DNA of 64,000 bases, taken from an uncultured Methanoregulaceae archaeon. GTDB taxonomy: Archaea; Halobacteriota; Methanomicrobia; Methanomicrobiales; Methanospirillaceae. Position numbers and translations under genes: made by a program. Where the stretch lies: positions 2,400,001-2,464,000 of the forward strand of contig OY969564.1 of the NCBI GenBank assembly GCA_963701095.1, given 5' to 3'. Shown here piece by piece: positions 32,461 through 42,731 of the stretch. Below the pieces are notes generated by a model. That model did no database searches, was not told the origin of the DNA, and saw only the letters and a program-made list of their open reading frames with translations. Position 1 is the first letter of the stretch. Every line of letters begins with the position of its first letter.

Positions 32461-32762
32461 GTGTTGAACCCGGTTCCGCCGTTGCAGAAGGTAATCATAG
32501 AGAAACTGGATTCTTATCCCTCTGTGATAGAACATTTTTTTATAAAAACACGTAATAGACTTTAATCAAGAGAGGTATTGTAAAGGAATCAGCAGAATCT
32601 TCAATATTGGTAGAACTAATATTTTATTATGTAAACAATAATATATGGGGTAGACGTGAGAAATAGATGAGATACTATGAGAATATCTTATGGGGGGATT
32701 CAAAATTTTCGGATCCTTTTTAGGCATAAATCATTTTAAAATTAAGATGATCCATTCAAATA

Positions 32763-33494
32763 ATGGTCAAAACTAACGGAAGGAATAACTTGAAACTTAA
32801 AATTCTTGCTATAATCCCCGCACGGGGAGGTAGTAAAGGCATTCCTAAAAAAAATATCCGTTTGTTAGCGGGAAAACCATTGATTGGATATTCTATAAAT
32901 GTGGCAAAAAAATCAAAATTTTTGAATTATGTTGTTGTGTCAACAGACGATAGTGATATTGCGGCATATGCAAAAGAAAATGGAGTGGATGTAATAGATC
33001 GACCTCCCGCGATTTCAAATGATGAGTCCCCAGTTTTAGACACTATTATTCATACCATATTGACGTTAAAAGAAAATGATGGTTTATTACCGGATATTAT
33101 AGTACTTTTACAGCCAACCTCCCCGCTTAGAAATGCTGAAGATATCGATGGTGCAATTCAGCTTTTTTTAGCCGGAAAATTTGATTCAGTTATCAGTGTC
33201 TGTCAGACAGAACACTCACCGTACTGGTGTTTCAAGATTTCTGGGACTAAACTAATACCCTTGTTTAATAAAAAAATGTCATTAGCCCGAAGACAGGATT
33301 TGCCTCAAACATATAGGCCAAACGGGGCAATTTATATTACTACGCCGCGTTCATTAAAAAAAAATTGCGGCTTTATGACTGATAATACGGCGCCATATAT
33401 AATGCCCATTGAACGCAGTATCGATATTGATAATCAGTTGGATTTTTCCCTTGCGGAGTCATTAATAGAAAAAAGTGAAAAGTTTATTGACTGA
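32763..33494 (+). CDS. neuA: Acylneuraminate (nonulosonate) cytidylyltransferase
   Basis: IPARGGSKGIPKKN, STD, LQPTSPLR, NGAIY, SIDID. Confidence 0.93.
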   Translation: MVKTNGRNNLKLKILAIIPARGGSKGIPKKNIRLLAGKPLIGYSINVAKKSKFLNYVVVSTDDSDIAAYAKENGVDVIDRPPAISNDESPVLDTIIHTILTLKENDGLLPDIIVLLQPTSPLRNAEDIDGAIQLFLAGKFDSVISVCQTEHSPYWCFKISGTKLIPLFNKKMSLARRQDLPQTYRPNGAIYITTPRSLKKNCGFMTDNTAPYIMPIERSIDIDNQLDFSLAESLIEKSEKFID

Positions 33495-34189
33495 TTCTTT
33501 TCGGATAGTAACTTAGACTCCAGCTTGTTATGGGAGATATATTTTTTGTGAACGACCTTGCCTATATTGATCTTCGGTTCAATTCTTCTTAGATTTGATT
33601 GAGGATATTTTTTATTTTAATCTTTTTCTGAAGTCAGGATATCAGATCGATAGTTTATCGGGACTGGACAAATACTAGGATCGCAGGCCATGAGAGTACT
33701 ATTCATAAAGTGAAAAGAACCAATCTCTTTCCAAACTATTTTTTTAACCGGTAAAGGGTTCCTAGATCTTATTCCTCTCATACTTCAAATTCATCTTTTG
33801 CCAGGACAATTTGAATCTTTGTCAACGTCCTGCGCATCCGACGTCGTTCGAAAGGGTTTTTCAAAGAAAGAGTTGGAATTTTGTTATCATGAGTAAAAGA
33901 AAAGATTTGTTTTCATTAATACCTCGTAACTCATACTCATTATTTGTGATGGATAAAATTTTTAACATTTTTAATCCAGTAAATCCCTCTTGTTTTGGTG
34001 GCTGAAATAGTACATAACTCTAACTTTATATAATCTGCCTATTTCCAGGAATGTATATTACTTTTATTCTTACAAGAGATTACCGTTATTGTATCGATAT
34101 GGATTGATAGGTACAAATAGTAAAAAAATAAAGAATTACTGAAAATTCTTTATAGGATTATGAAATATTGAATTTCGGGGCAGAAATAC

Positions 34190-35611
34190 ATGAAAAGTAA
34201 TGGAAAAGTTCTATTTATTGTCCATGATTTGTATCAAGACGATAATCACTTCCCTCTGGGTATCGGGTATCTTTCAGCAGTTCTGAAAAAAGAGGGGGCA
34301 GACGTCTCTGTATACTGCATGGATATTTTCCATTACACAAACGCCGAACTAGCCGAACATCTCAAGAAAAATCTTTATGACCTGATCTGCGTAGGTTTTC
34401 TTGCAGCCAGGTTTAAAGAGACTGTGCTGGACCTCTGCAGGGTAATCAACCAAGACAAGAAATCTGCATGGCTGGTGTTAGGTGGTCACGGTCCGACTCC
34501 GATTCCGGAATATGTTCTGGATAAAACGGGAGCAGACGTCATCGTCCTAGGGGAAGGGGAAGAGACATTACCCGAACTGCTTAAATGCAAGGCGGACGAT
34601 GGAGACCGGGCCAAAGTCCGGGGTATTGCTTATATGGAAAACGGCACGTTCCAGACCACTGGCCGGAGAAAGCCGATCCGTGACCTTGATACGATTCCTT
34701 TCCCGGAGTGGTCCATCTTCCCGATGGATGAGTATATTAACAGCCTTAAATTGTTCAGGTTCCAACCTGAAGATCGCTGTTTCGGCATTTTAACAAGCAG
34801 GGGCTGCATTAACAGGTGCAACTTCTGCTACCGCATGGAACGAGGAATCCGGTTCCGCAGCATAAAAAATGTCATCGAAGAGATCCGGTTTCTTAACGAA
34901 CGATATGGAGTCAATTATTTCCTGATGAATGATGAGTTGTTCGTTTATCCGAAAAAGCGGATTTTTGAATTCAGGGACGAACTGCAAAAAACAGATCTCC
35001 GGATCAAATTTGTCTGTAATGCTCGTGTCGATTTATTCGATGAGGAAGAAGCGTCCTGTCTCAAAGAGGCCGGATGCCAGTTTCTGAACTTCGGCATGGA
35101 ATCATCAGATCAGAATGTCCTGAACCTGATGAACAAGAACACGACCGTAGAAGAGAATTTACGTGCTGCAGAAATTGCTAAGAGAGCGGGGCTAGGACTC
35201 GGATTGAATTTCATATGGGGGAACATCGGGGATACGGAGACATCACTCAAAAACAATGCAGCGTTAATCAAGAAATACACTACCTATGATTACATCAGGA
35301 CTATCCGCCCTGTTACACCGTATCCAGGATGTGATCTGTATTATCATGCGATAGAGCGGGGATTGTTAAAAGGACCGGATGATTTCTTTGAGAAGTTTAA
35401 GAATTCGGATCTGATGATGATCAATTTCATGGAGATTCCCGAAAAACGGGTATATGAATTACTCTTTGAAGTCAACTCCGACCTGATCCTCGATTATTAT
35501 GCCCATACATCCAAGGATAAAGCTGCTGCAACCAGGCTCATAGAAGATTTCCGGAAGCTCTATTTCGAGGGGATCAACACATTCCGGGGAGCAAGGCATT
35601 ACAAAAAATGA
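34190..35611 (+). CDS. B12-binding radical SAM protein (class B methyltransferase-like)
   Basis: PLGIGYL, LGGHGPT, GEGE (cobalamin domain); SRGCINRCNFC; GMES; TPYPG. Confidence 0.9.
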   Translation: MKSNGKVLFIVHDLYQDDNHFPLGIGYLSAVLKKEGADVSVYCMDIFHYTNAELAEHLKKNLYDLICVGFLAARFKETVLDLCRVINQDKKSAWLVLGGHGPTPIPEYVLDKTGADVIVLGEGEETLPELLKCKADDGDRAKVRGIAYMENGTFQTTGRRKPIRDLDTIPFPEWSIFPMDEYINSLKLFRFQPEDRCFGILTSRGCINRCNFCYRMERGIRFRSIKNVIEEIRFLNERYGVNYFLMNDELFVYPKKRIFEFRDELQKTDLRIKFVCNARVDLFDEEEASCLKEAGCQFLNFGMESSDQNVLNLMNKNTTVEENLRAAEIAKRAGLGLGLNFIWGNIGDTETSLKNNAALIKKYTTYDYIRTIRPVTPYPGCDLYYHAIERGLLKGPDDFFEKFKNSDLMMINFMEIPEKRVYELLFEVNSDLILDYYAHTSKDKAAATRLIEDFRKLYFEGINTFRGARHYKK

Positions 35612-35618
35612 TTGGGAA

Positions 35619-36836
35619 TCAGAGATTCTTCTCCCATATTTTGTTTTTCAGTTCCCATGAGCCGCTGTTACAGGTCCAGAGGTGATCAGGGCGGGCATTA
35701 TCAATAATTTTATAAAATTCTTCCTCTGTCAGTCCCATATAATCCAGACAGTCGCGGAGGTACATTTTCGGAAATTCCCCATCGAATCTTTTAACCAGTC
35801 GAACACCTTCGTCCCGGGTAATATCACCGTTCCGGATCTCCTGAGCGCTGTCGAAAGTGGCCCGGCCTATACCGAATTTAACATACATCGTATAAAAATG
35901 CAACCAGTCTATTTTATCATCAATTGAACTATATTTGCTGTAGCTGCCTTCGGTTCTGAAATCATTGGGCAAAAAATCTGAATGTTCAACGGCGTAATAA
36001 TAGGTTTCCTGCGGATGCCATGGGAGATAATAACCAAGGTAATGGACTTCAGTTCCGACATTATCTAGTTGGGAGGGTTCGGCGGGAAGGTATGCCTCAA
36101 GATCGGATAATTCCAGATGGTAATTTTTCATTATCTCTTTGGCGTTCTCTCCGCCAAGATAGATATGATCGAGTTCACGCTCCATCGAATAAAAGGAGGA
36201 ATCACGTTTTGCGTTCAAATTATCTGCAACCGGGTTGCCGTACTCTGCCTCGTTCTCCCCGTAAACTACTAGTGGGATGTTGAACTGGGTTGAAAATTTG
36301 GGTGCAAGGTTTTTCTGACCGATGATGAAAGGCTGAAATGGATGGACAAGGTTTAAGAATGCCAACCGGGTCAAAAGGCGGTGCACTTTCTGGTTCGGCC
36401 AGTACGTATAATTTGCAAAACCTGAATTCAACCAGGATTCAAAATTTCGCCTTCCGACGCGGGTATATATATGGGGCGGCCAGGTTATCAGGAGCGGATG
36501 CATGTTGTATTTGTACTTCAGTATATGTGCCGCCATGACGCTGTCTTTGCCCCCGCTCCCCGGGACAATCACGTCATATTTGCCGTCAGATCTCCTGAAC
36601 CGGTCGCAGAGATCTTCGAGATCTTTTCGGCGTTTTTCCCAATCGATCATGAGTTTTTTTTCGGCAAACCGGCACGCTTCGCAGATGCCCTCGTCATCAA
36701 AAGCGATCGCCCTCTTTTTATCTCCCGGCTTATTTTTAAATTCGATGGTGGAGGACGGTCGCTGGTTGTTCATCGTGCATTTTTTGCAGAATTTTACTGT
36801 TGTGGGTAGACCGTACATTCCAAATTCTTCTGTCAT
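35619..36836 (-). CDS. N-acetyl sugar amidotransferase (PseA/PtmG-like)
   Basis: FCKKC..NNQRP, CEAC, PP-loop SGGKDS, YGEN.AEYG, KFGIGRA. Confidence 0.88.
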   Translation of the reverse strand: MTEEFGMYGLPTTVKFCKKCTMNNQRPSSTIEFKNKPGDKKRAIAFDDEGICEACRFAEKKLMIDWEKRRKDLEDLCDRFRRSDGKYDVIVPGSGGKDSVMAAHILKYKYNMHPLLITWPPHIYTRVGRRNFESWLNSGFANYTYWPNQKVHRLLTRLAFLNLVHPFQPFIIGQKNLAPKFSTQFNIPLVVYGENEAEYGNPVADNLNAKRDSSFYSMERELDHIYLGGENAKEIMKNYHLELSDLEAYLPAEPSQLDNVGTEVHYLGYYLPWHPQETYYYAVEHSDFLPNDFRTEGSYSKYSSIDDKIDWLHFYTMYVKFGIGRATFDSAQEIRNGDITRDEGVRLVKRFDGEFPKMYLRDCLDYMGLTEEEFYKIIDNARPDHLWTCNSGSWELKNKIWEKNL

Positions 36837-36849
36837 AACTGGATACTCA

Positions 36850-37449
36850 TTACAAATTGATGAAATTGTTCAGAACTGCAATTCCCGCCTCACGACTTTT
36901 TTCCGGATGGAATTGGACACCATAAAGATCTTTTTTCTGGGTGACGGAGACAAATTTGTGGTTGCAATAATTGGTAAGAGCGATTACATCGGTATAATTA
37001 ACGACTTCATACGAGTGCATGAAATAAAAATTATCGTCATCGGTAATCCCCGATAACAGGGGAGAATTCCTGACAATGGATAATCTGCCCCATCCGAGAT
37101 GAGGGACTTTGCATTTGACTTCCATCTTTTTTACTTCGGCGTCGATGAGGTTCAGGCCCGGCGTTTCACCAAACTCATATCCGACTTTTGAGAACATCTG
37201 CATGCCCAAACAAATTCCCAGCGTGGGGTGTTCCAGAATCTGGCGATGGAGAACGGATTTCAGATCGCCGAGATTTTCCATTGCATCCTTGAAACTCCCG
37301 ACACCGGGAAGAACGATTTTATCGATCTCGTCAAAATCATTTTTTGTTTTAATAATTTTTACCGTCGCCCCAGCGCGTTCAAGTGCTTTACGTACACTGT
37401 AAATATTTCCCGATACGCTATAATCCAGTAAACCGACTACCGTACTCAT
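36850..37449 (-). CDS. hisH: HisH-like glutamine amidotransferase (glycan-amidination paralogue)
   Basis: PGVGSF, GICLGMQ, PH.GW, YFMHSY, QFHPEKS. Confidence 0.88.
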   Translation of the reverse strand: MSTVVGLLDYSVSGNIYSVRKALERAGATVKIIKTKNDFDEIDKIVLPGVGSFKDAMENLGDLKSVLHRQILEHPTLGICLGMQMFSKVGYEFGETPGLNLIDAEVKKMEVKCKVPHLGWGRLSIVRNSPLLSGITDDDNFYFMHSYEVVNYTDVIALTNYCNHKFVSVTQKKDLYGVQFHPEKSREAGIAVLNNFINL

Positions 37450-38201
37450 TGCGCCACCTCAATACCGTAATTAGTAAGGTACGATTTAATTTCAGTAACG
37501 GTTGTCATGTTATAGTGAAGAAGACTACCTATCGCAACAGCATCAGGATTTGCCTTTTTTACCATGGTTTTTATATCTTCGAGAGATCCGGCACCACTGG
37601 CGGCAATGATGGGAATTCTTACTTCCGAGACTATGCTTGCTATCAGTTCGGTATCAAATCCCTTCTTTTGGCCGTCATGATCCACGGTGCTGATGAGAAT
37701 CTCCCCCGCACCAAGTGATTCGACCTCTTTTGCCCACATGAGGGCATCCTTCCCGCTGCGAATCCTGCCACAGTCGCTGTAGCATTCCCACCAGTCATTC
37801 CATCGTTTTGCAACGATATGGACAACTACGGCCTGAGATCCAAATATTTCGGCAGCCCTTTTAATTATCGAGGAATCTTGCTGGAGGGCAAAGGTATTAA
37901 TTATAACTTTATCTACGCCGTTATGGAGCAACTGCGCAAAATGTTCGATGGTCTGGACGCCTCCTCCGGCGGCAAATGGGACGTAAAGGCTCTGGGAGGT
38001 CTGGTGTATGGGATCGAGCAATAGGGGACGACGGTACAAACTTGCAACAATATCCTCATAAATTATTTCATCAGCGCCCTGATTATAATATTTCAAAGCA
38101 AGATCCTGCGGACTGCCCATTTTTCGCAGGCCTTCAAAATGGATTGGTTTTACGACATATGGAGGTTTAACGTCCAAACGGGCAATAATTCGCAAAGGCA
38201 T
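37446..38201 (-). CDS. hisF: HisF-like cyclase (WbuZ/AglZ-type paralogue)
   Basis: RIIARLDVK, GADE, GGG, GAGEIL..VD.DG, ASGAG. Confidence 0.88.
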   Translation of the reverse strand: MPLRIIARLDVKPPYVVKPIHFEGLRKMGSPQDLALKYYNQGADEIIYEDIVASLYRRPLLLDPIHQTSQSLYVPFAAGGGVQTIEHFAQLLHNGVDKVIINTFALQQDSSIIKRAAEIFGSQAVVVHIVAKRWNDWWECYSDCGRIRSGKDALMWAKEVESLGAGEILISTVDHDGQKKGFDTELIASIVSEVRIPIIAASGAGSLEDIKTMVKKANPDAVAIGSLLHYNMTTVTEIKSYLTNYGIEVAQ

Positions 38202-38638
38202 TGTTTAGCTCTTTTATACATGTTCTTTTTTTTTATAAGAATCTTCCTTTACCTGTAAATATAGTGTTTTTATGAAAAATACGAGGTAAAAATTACGATA
38301 TTTTTTTTATTATTATTTTTAATTATAGTACTATTAAATATCGGATTAAATGGATCTGATTCGAAGGGAAGACATCCTCCGAAACGGGAGCGTATGGGGG
38401 TCTTTTCCTTTTTTAGTTCAATATATGTACAAATGAGAAGCAAATCGACCATTTCTACATCAAAAGCGCTTAGGCGTACGGTACCGTAATTTTTCCTGAA
38501 AACGGGTTCTCTAATGAGGGAAGGTGCTTTAAAAAATATTTTTTTAAATCTTAAAGGGTTTGTTTCTGAATTATTGAATCAGGTATTAATATCCAGAAAA
38601 CAAAAGGGGATATGAGATAACTTATATCATGGAGAAAA

Positions 38639-39709
38639 ATGGCGGATATTACTATCGGGAGTCGAGTGATCGGCAATGGACATCCTTGTTTTATCATTGC
38701 AGAAGCCGGTGTAAATCATAATGGCGATCTTTCCCTCGCCAAGCGCCTGATCGATACTGCAGCAGAATCCGGTGCTGACGCGGTTAAATTTCAGACGTTT
38801 CAAGCGGATTTTGTTGTCACAAAAAATGCAAAAAAAGCATCTTATCAAAAATCTACTACAGGGAAAACGGAATCTCAATATGATATGATTCATAGACTCG
38901 AACTGCCATTTAAAGCATTTGCGGAACTAAAGAGATATGCGGAAAGCAAAAAAATACTCTTTCTTTCAACACCATTCGACCGTAACAGCGTCGATTTTCT
39001 GGAGAAGATTAAAATATCGGCTTACAAAATTCCTTCCGGGGAGATTGATAACCCCTCTCTTTTGGCTCATATTGCAAGGAAACACAAACCAATTATCCTG
39101 TCAACGGGGATGTCAACGCTTGGCGAGATTGAAAGATCAATCAGGCTTATTTTTTCAGAAGGTGGGAAGGAGATCGCCTTGCTACATTGTATTACGGCGT
39201 ATCCAGCCCGAGTTAAAGACGTAAATCTGCGGGCAATGGAGACCATGCGGTGTGCTTTTAAAGTTCCGGTTGGATTTTCTGATCATACCTTGGGAATATC
39301 CATTCCGATAGCGGCAGTATCGATGGGTGCCTGCATATTAGAAAAACACTTTACCCTCGATAAAACATTGCCAGGCCCCGATCATAGGGCATCTTTGGAT
39401 CCCATAGAATTACAAATGATGGTCCGGGCAATTCGGGATGTCGAAAGCGCTAAAGGAAATGGAATTAAAAATCCCTCACACTCCGAAATAAAAAACAAAA
39501 GATCGATACGGAGAAGTATTGTTGCCGCCAGGGATATCCCGAAGAATGCTATTATAGGCGAGGATTCCGTATCTGTAAAACGGCCAGGAACAGGTATCAG
39601 CCCGGTCAATTTATCCTTGGTTCTTGGTTCTGTGGCAAAAAGGAACATAAAAAACGACGAAGTTCTTTCCTGGAATGATATTATCATTCATCATGGTGAA
39701 GGGGAATAA
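38639..39709 (+). CDS. neuB: Nonulosonate synthase NeuB/LegI with C-terminal SAF domain
   Basis: IAEAGVNHNG, KFQTF, STPFD, KIPSGE, STGM, GFSDHT, EKHFT, GPDH, KRPGTG. Confidence 0.95.
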   Translation: MADITIGSRVIGNGHPCFIIAEAGVNHNGDLSLAKRLIDTAAESGADAVKFQTFQADFVVTKNAKKASYQKSTTGKTESQYDMIHRLELPFKAFAELKRYAESKKILFLSTPFDRNSVDFLEKIKISAYKIPSGEIDNPSLLAHIARKHKPIILSTGMSTLGEIERSIRLIFSEGGKEIALLHCITAYPARVKDVNLRAMETMRCAFKVPVGFSDHTLGISIPIAAVSMGACILEKHFTLDKTLPGPDHRASLDPIELQMMVRAIRDVESAKGNGIKNPSHSEIKNKRSIRRSIVAARDIPKNAIIGEDSVSVKRPGTGISPVNLSLVLGSVAKRNIKNDEVLSWNDIIIHHGEGE

Positions 39710-39711
39710 AC

Positions 39712-40470
39712 ATGGTTCGTGCAGCATGGCTGTCAGCAAATGTATTTGGATATGAGCTTTTAAAAGAGGCCGTGAAAGTAAAAAATTTCGATATTCAAGT
39801 TATTTTTACACTCTCAAAAAATTCAAAGACCCTGATGTACGATCCCATGGAATTGAAAAAATGGCATGAATTTGGGATACCCGTCTGTGAAATTTCAAAT
39901 ATTAATGAGGAAATTAGTCTTGTGCAGTCATATTCCGTAGATCTCATTATAATGTGCGGATGGCGACAGATTATTCGCCATGACCTGATTAGAAGCGTTC
40001 CAAAGGGTATTATCGGGTTTCATCCTACCCGCTTGCCATACGGGAGAGGGCCGGCACCAATTATAAACACGATCCTTGAAGGAATTACTGATTCAGCAGT
40101 AACAATGTATTTTATCTCTACAGGACTGGATGATGGAGATATCATCGGTCAGGAGCCGTTCATAGTTGAACCTGATGATTACGCACAGGATATTTATGAT
40201 AAAGTTATCTGCTCCGGAAAAAACCTCATAAATACCTATTTACCCCAAATAGTTAAGGGTAATGCTCCTCGAATCCCTCAAAATACCCGTGACGCTACAT
40301 ATTTCCAGAAACGCTCAATGATCGACAACCAAATAAATCTGGATCTGGATCCATTGGATCTAGTATATCGGAAGATACGTGCATTTTCCCGCCCATATAA
40401 CGGTGCTTATATCGAAAAAGGTAATAAAAAACTAATCATATGGAGGGCCGAGATCGGCGAGAACCCATGA
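39712..40470 (+). CDS. Sugar N-formyltransferase (Fmt-like)
   Basis: GFHPTRLPYGRGPAPI, LDDGDI, IRAFSRPY.GA. Confidence 0.85.
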   Translation: MVRAAWLSANVFGYELLKEAVKVKNFDIQVIFTLSKNSKTLMYDPMELKKWHEFGIPVCEISNINEEISLVQSYSVDLIIMCGWRQIIRHDLIRSVPKGIIGFHPTRLPYGRGPAPIINTILEGITDSAVTMYFISTGLDDGDIIGQEPFIVEPDDYAQDIYDKVICSGKNLINTYLPQIVKGNAPRIPQNTRDATYFQKRSMIDNQINLDLDPLDLVYRKIRAFSRPYNGAYIEKGNKKLIIWRAEIGENP

Positions 40471-41627
40471 ACCGGAGAAAAATTTGCATCATCACCGGCA
40501 CCCGGGCGGAATTCGGCCTTTTAAAACCGGTGATGGAAAAGATCCGACAGTCCCCTTCACTTGAGTTGCAGGTTATCGCTACCGGGACGCACCTCCTCGA
40601 GGAGTATGGAAAAACCGTTCTGGAAATTGAAAGGGGCGGTTTTCATCCGGATGCATGCGTACCGATGATCATGGCCGGAAATGACAAAACATCAATGTCA
40701 CTTTCCATCGGTATGGGAATAATCTCATTCACCCAAGTACTTAATATTCTCAATCCGGAAATCGTTGTTGTGTTGGGAGATCGGTTTGAAATCTTTTCCG
40801 CAGCCGTCGCAGCTTCTTTTAGTGGCCGGGTAGTCGCTCATATATCCGGTGGAGATTCGCTTCAGGCAGGATATGACGAATACGTTCGTCATGCAGTCAC
40901 TAAAATCAGCCATATTCATTTTCCTTCGACTGGGACAAGTGCTCAAAGAATCATTAATTTGGGTGAAGATCCCGCATACGTATTTATTGCAGGCTCGACT
41001 GCGCTTGACACAATTTTGAAAACAACGGCCCCTTTATCTGACAATTTGTGCAGAAAATATGGCTTGGTCCCAAAGGAACAATTTGCACTTGTTATTCAGC
41101 ATCCCATAAGTACTGCTCCATCCGAATCGCAGAAGCAGATACGTATCACACTTGATGCGATTCTGGATCTCGGTCTTCGCATGATTGTCATCTATCCCAA
41201 CGTGGATCCCGGTGGAAAATTGATGATTGATGTGATTCAGCAATACCGGTCAGAATTTCCTGACCGGATTCTGGTTTATAAAAGCCTCCCGTTCGAGGAT
41301 TACCTAGGGATTATGAGGATTGCATCGGTCATGATAGGGAATTCAAGCAGCGGGATCATCGAATCATCATCCTTTCACCTGCCTGTGGTCAATATTGGCG
41401 AGCGGCAGAAAGGAAGAGAGAAGGCAGCAAATGTCTTGGATGTCCCCCATGACAAAGAAAAAATAAAAGATGCGATAAAGACTGCGCTTTACGATGAAAA
41501 CTTCAGAAAATCCGTGATGGGATCCACTAACCCATATGGGGATGGTCATGCAAGTGAAAGGATTGTAAAAGAATTGGAAAATGTTGATATAACTCCGGAA
41601 CTGCTTAAAAAACGGATTACCTACTGA
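40467..41627 (+). CDS. neuC: Hydrolysing UDP-N-acetylhexosamine 2-epimerase NeuC/LegG
   Basis: TGTRAEFG, TGTHL, LGDRFE, HISGG, RHAVTK, GNSSSG, IGERQ.GR, YGDG. Confidence 0.93.
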   Translation: MNRRKICIITGTRAEFGLLKPVMEKIRQSPSLELQVIATGTHLLEEYGKTVLEIERGGFHPDACVPMIMAGNDKTSMSLSIGMGIISFTQVLNILNPEIVVVLGDRFEIFSAAVAASFSGRVVAHISGGDSLQAGYDEYVRHAVTKISHIHFPSTGTSAQRIINLGEDPAYVFIAGSTALDTILKTTAPLSDNLCRKYGLVPKEQFALVIQHPISTAPSESQKQIRITLDAILDLGLRMIVIYPNVDPGGKLMIDVIQQYRSEFPDRILVYKSLPFEDYLGIMRIASVMIGNSSSGIIESSSFHLPVVNIGERQKGREKAANVLDVPHDKEKIKDAIKTALYDENFRKSVMGSTNPYGDGHASERIVKELENVDITPELLKKRITY

Positions 41628-41637
41628 GGAATTTGCC

Positions 41638-42291
41638 ATGAAAATACTTGTCATTGCACCACATCCGGATGATGAAGTGCTTGGATGCGGTGGTACATTG
41701 GGGCGATTCTCCCATGAAGGCCACAGTGTTGTGCTTTGTATTGTTACGAAAGCATATACGCCGGAATGGTCCGCCGAATATATCCGGAAAAAATCTGAAG
41801 AAATTATAAAGTCCAACAAAAAAATTGGCATTCACCAGACGATATTTTTAGATTATCCGGCCGTGAAATTGGATACAATCCCACAGAAAGAATTAAATGA
41901 TTCACTTTATAAAATTGTCGTCAGTCAGAAACCCGATCTTGTCTTTATTCCCCATCACGGCGACCTAAATTTAGATCATCGCCTCGTGCATGAATCCGCC
42001 CTTGTGGCGACTCGCCCTTTTTCCACGAACGTCAATAAAATTCTAGCCTATGAAACATTGTCAGAAACTGAATGGGGATGCATGGGTACTCCATTCAGAC
42101 CCAATGTCTATATTGATATATCAGGTTTTATTGGACTAAAAAAAGAAGCGATGCAGCTTTTTGAGACCGAAGTAAAGAAAGCACCTCACCCGCGTTCAAC
42201 TGAACTCATATCAGTACTTGCCAGAAAAAGAGGGTCGGAAATCGGTATTGAATATGCTGAGGCTTTTATGCTGATACGTGAGGTGATCTAG
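41638..42291 (+). CDS. PIG-L/LmbE family deacetylase
   Basis: APHPDDE, D...DH, YETLS, HPRS, AEAF. Confidence 0.9.
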   Translation: MKILVIAPHPDDEVLGCGGTLGRFSHEGHSVVLCIVTKAYTPEWSAEYIRKKSEEIIKSNKKIGIHQTIFLDYPAVKLDTIPQKELNDSLYKIVVSQKPDLVFIPHHGDLNLDHRLVHESALVATRPFSTNVNKILAYETLSETEWGCMGTPFRPNVYIDISGFIGLKKEAMQLFETEVKKAPHPRSTELISVLARKRGSEIGIEYAEAFMLIREVI

Positions 42292-42293
42292 CC

Positions 42294-42731
42294 ATGCCCG
42301 CTAGGCTCATTGCTTGGACTTTTCCGACCATTGATGAGGGAAAACCTACAGAGTATAACTGGATCGTCCAGCATATAGACCACTTCAAGCTGGGATATAA
42401 GACGGATATCGGGGCCTTTTCATATATCAACGCCCTGTATGGCGTGACAATTGAAGACTTTGTTCAGATCGGATCACACTGTTCCCTGTATTCGGTTTCA
42501 ACGATAGATGATAAATATGGTCCAGTGTTGCTGAAGAAAAACTGCAGGATCGGCACGCATTCAGTAATCATGCCTGGAGTAACGGTCGGAGAAAATTCGA
42601 GGATCGGAGCGTTTAGCTTTGTGACATCTGACATTCCAGAAAATGTTTTGGCATATGGAGTCCCTGCGCAGGTGATTCGGTCATTGACGCCAGAAGAGCG
42701 GCATGCGAACGGGAACGAGGCTCCAAAATGA
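42294..42731 (+). CDS. Hexapeptide-repeat acyltransferase
   Basis: Left-handed beta-helix repeats, GVPA. Confidence 0.85.
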   Translation: MPARLIAWTFPTIDEGKPTEYNWIVQHIDHFKLGYKTDIGAFSYINALYGVTIEDFVQIGSHCSLYSVSTIDDKYGPVLLKKNCRIGTHSVIMPGVTVGENSRIGAFSFVTSDIPENVLAYGVPAQVIRSLTPEERHANGNEAPK

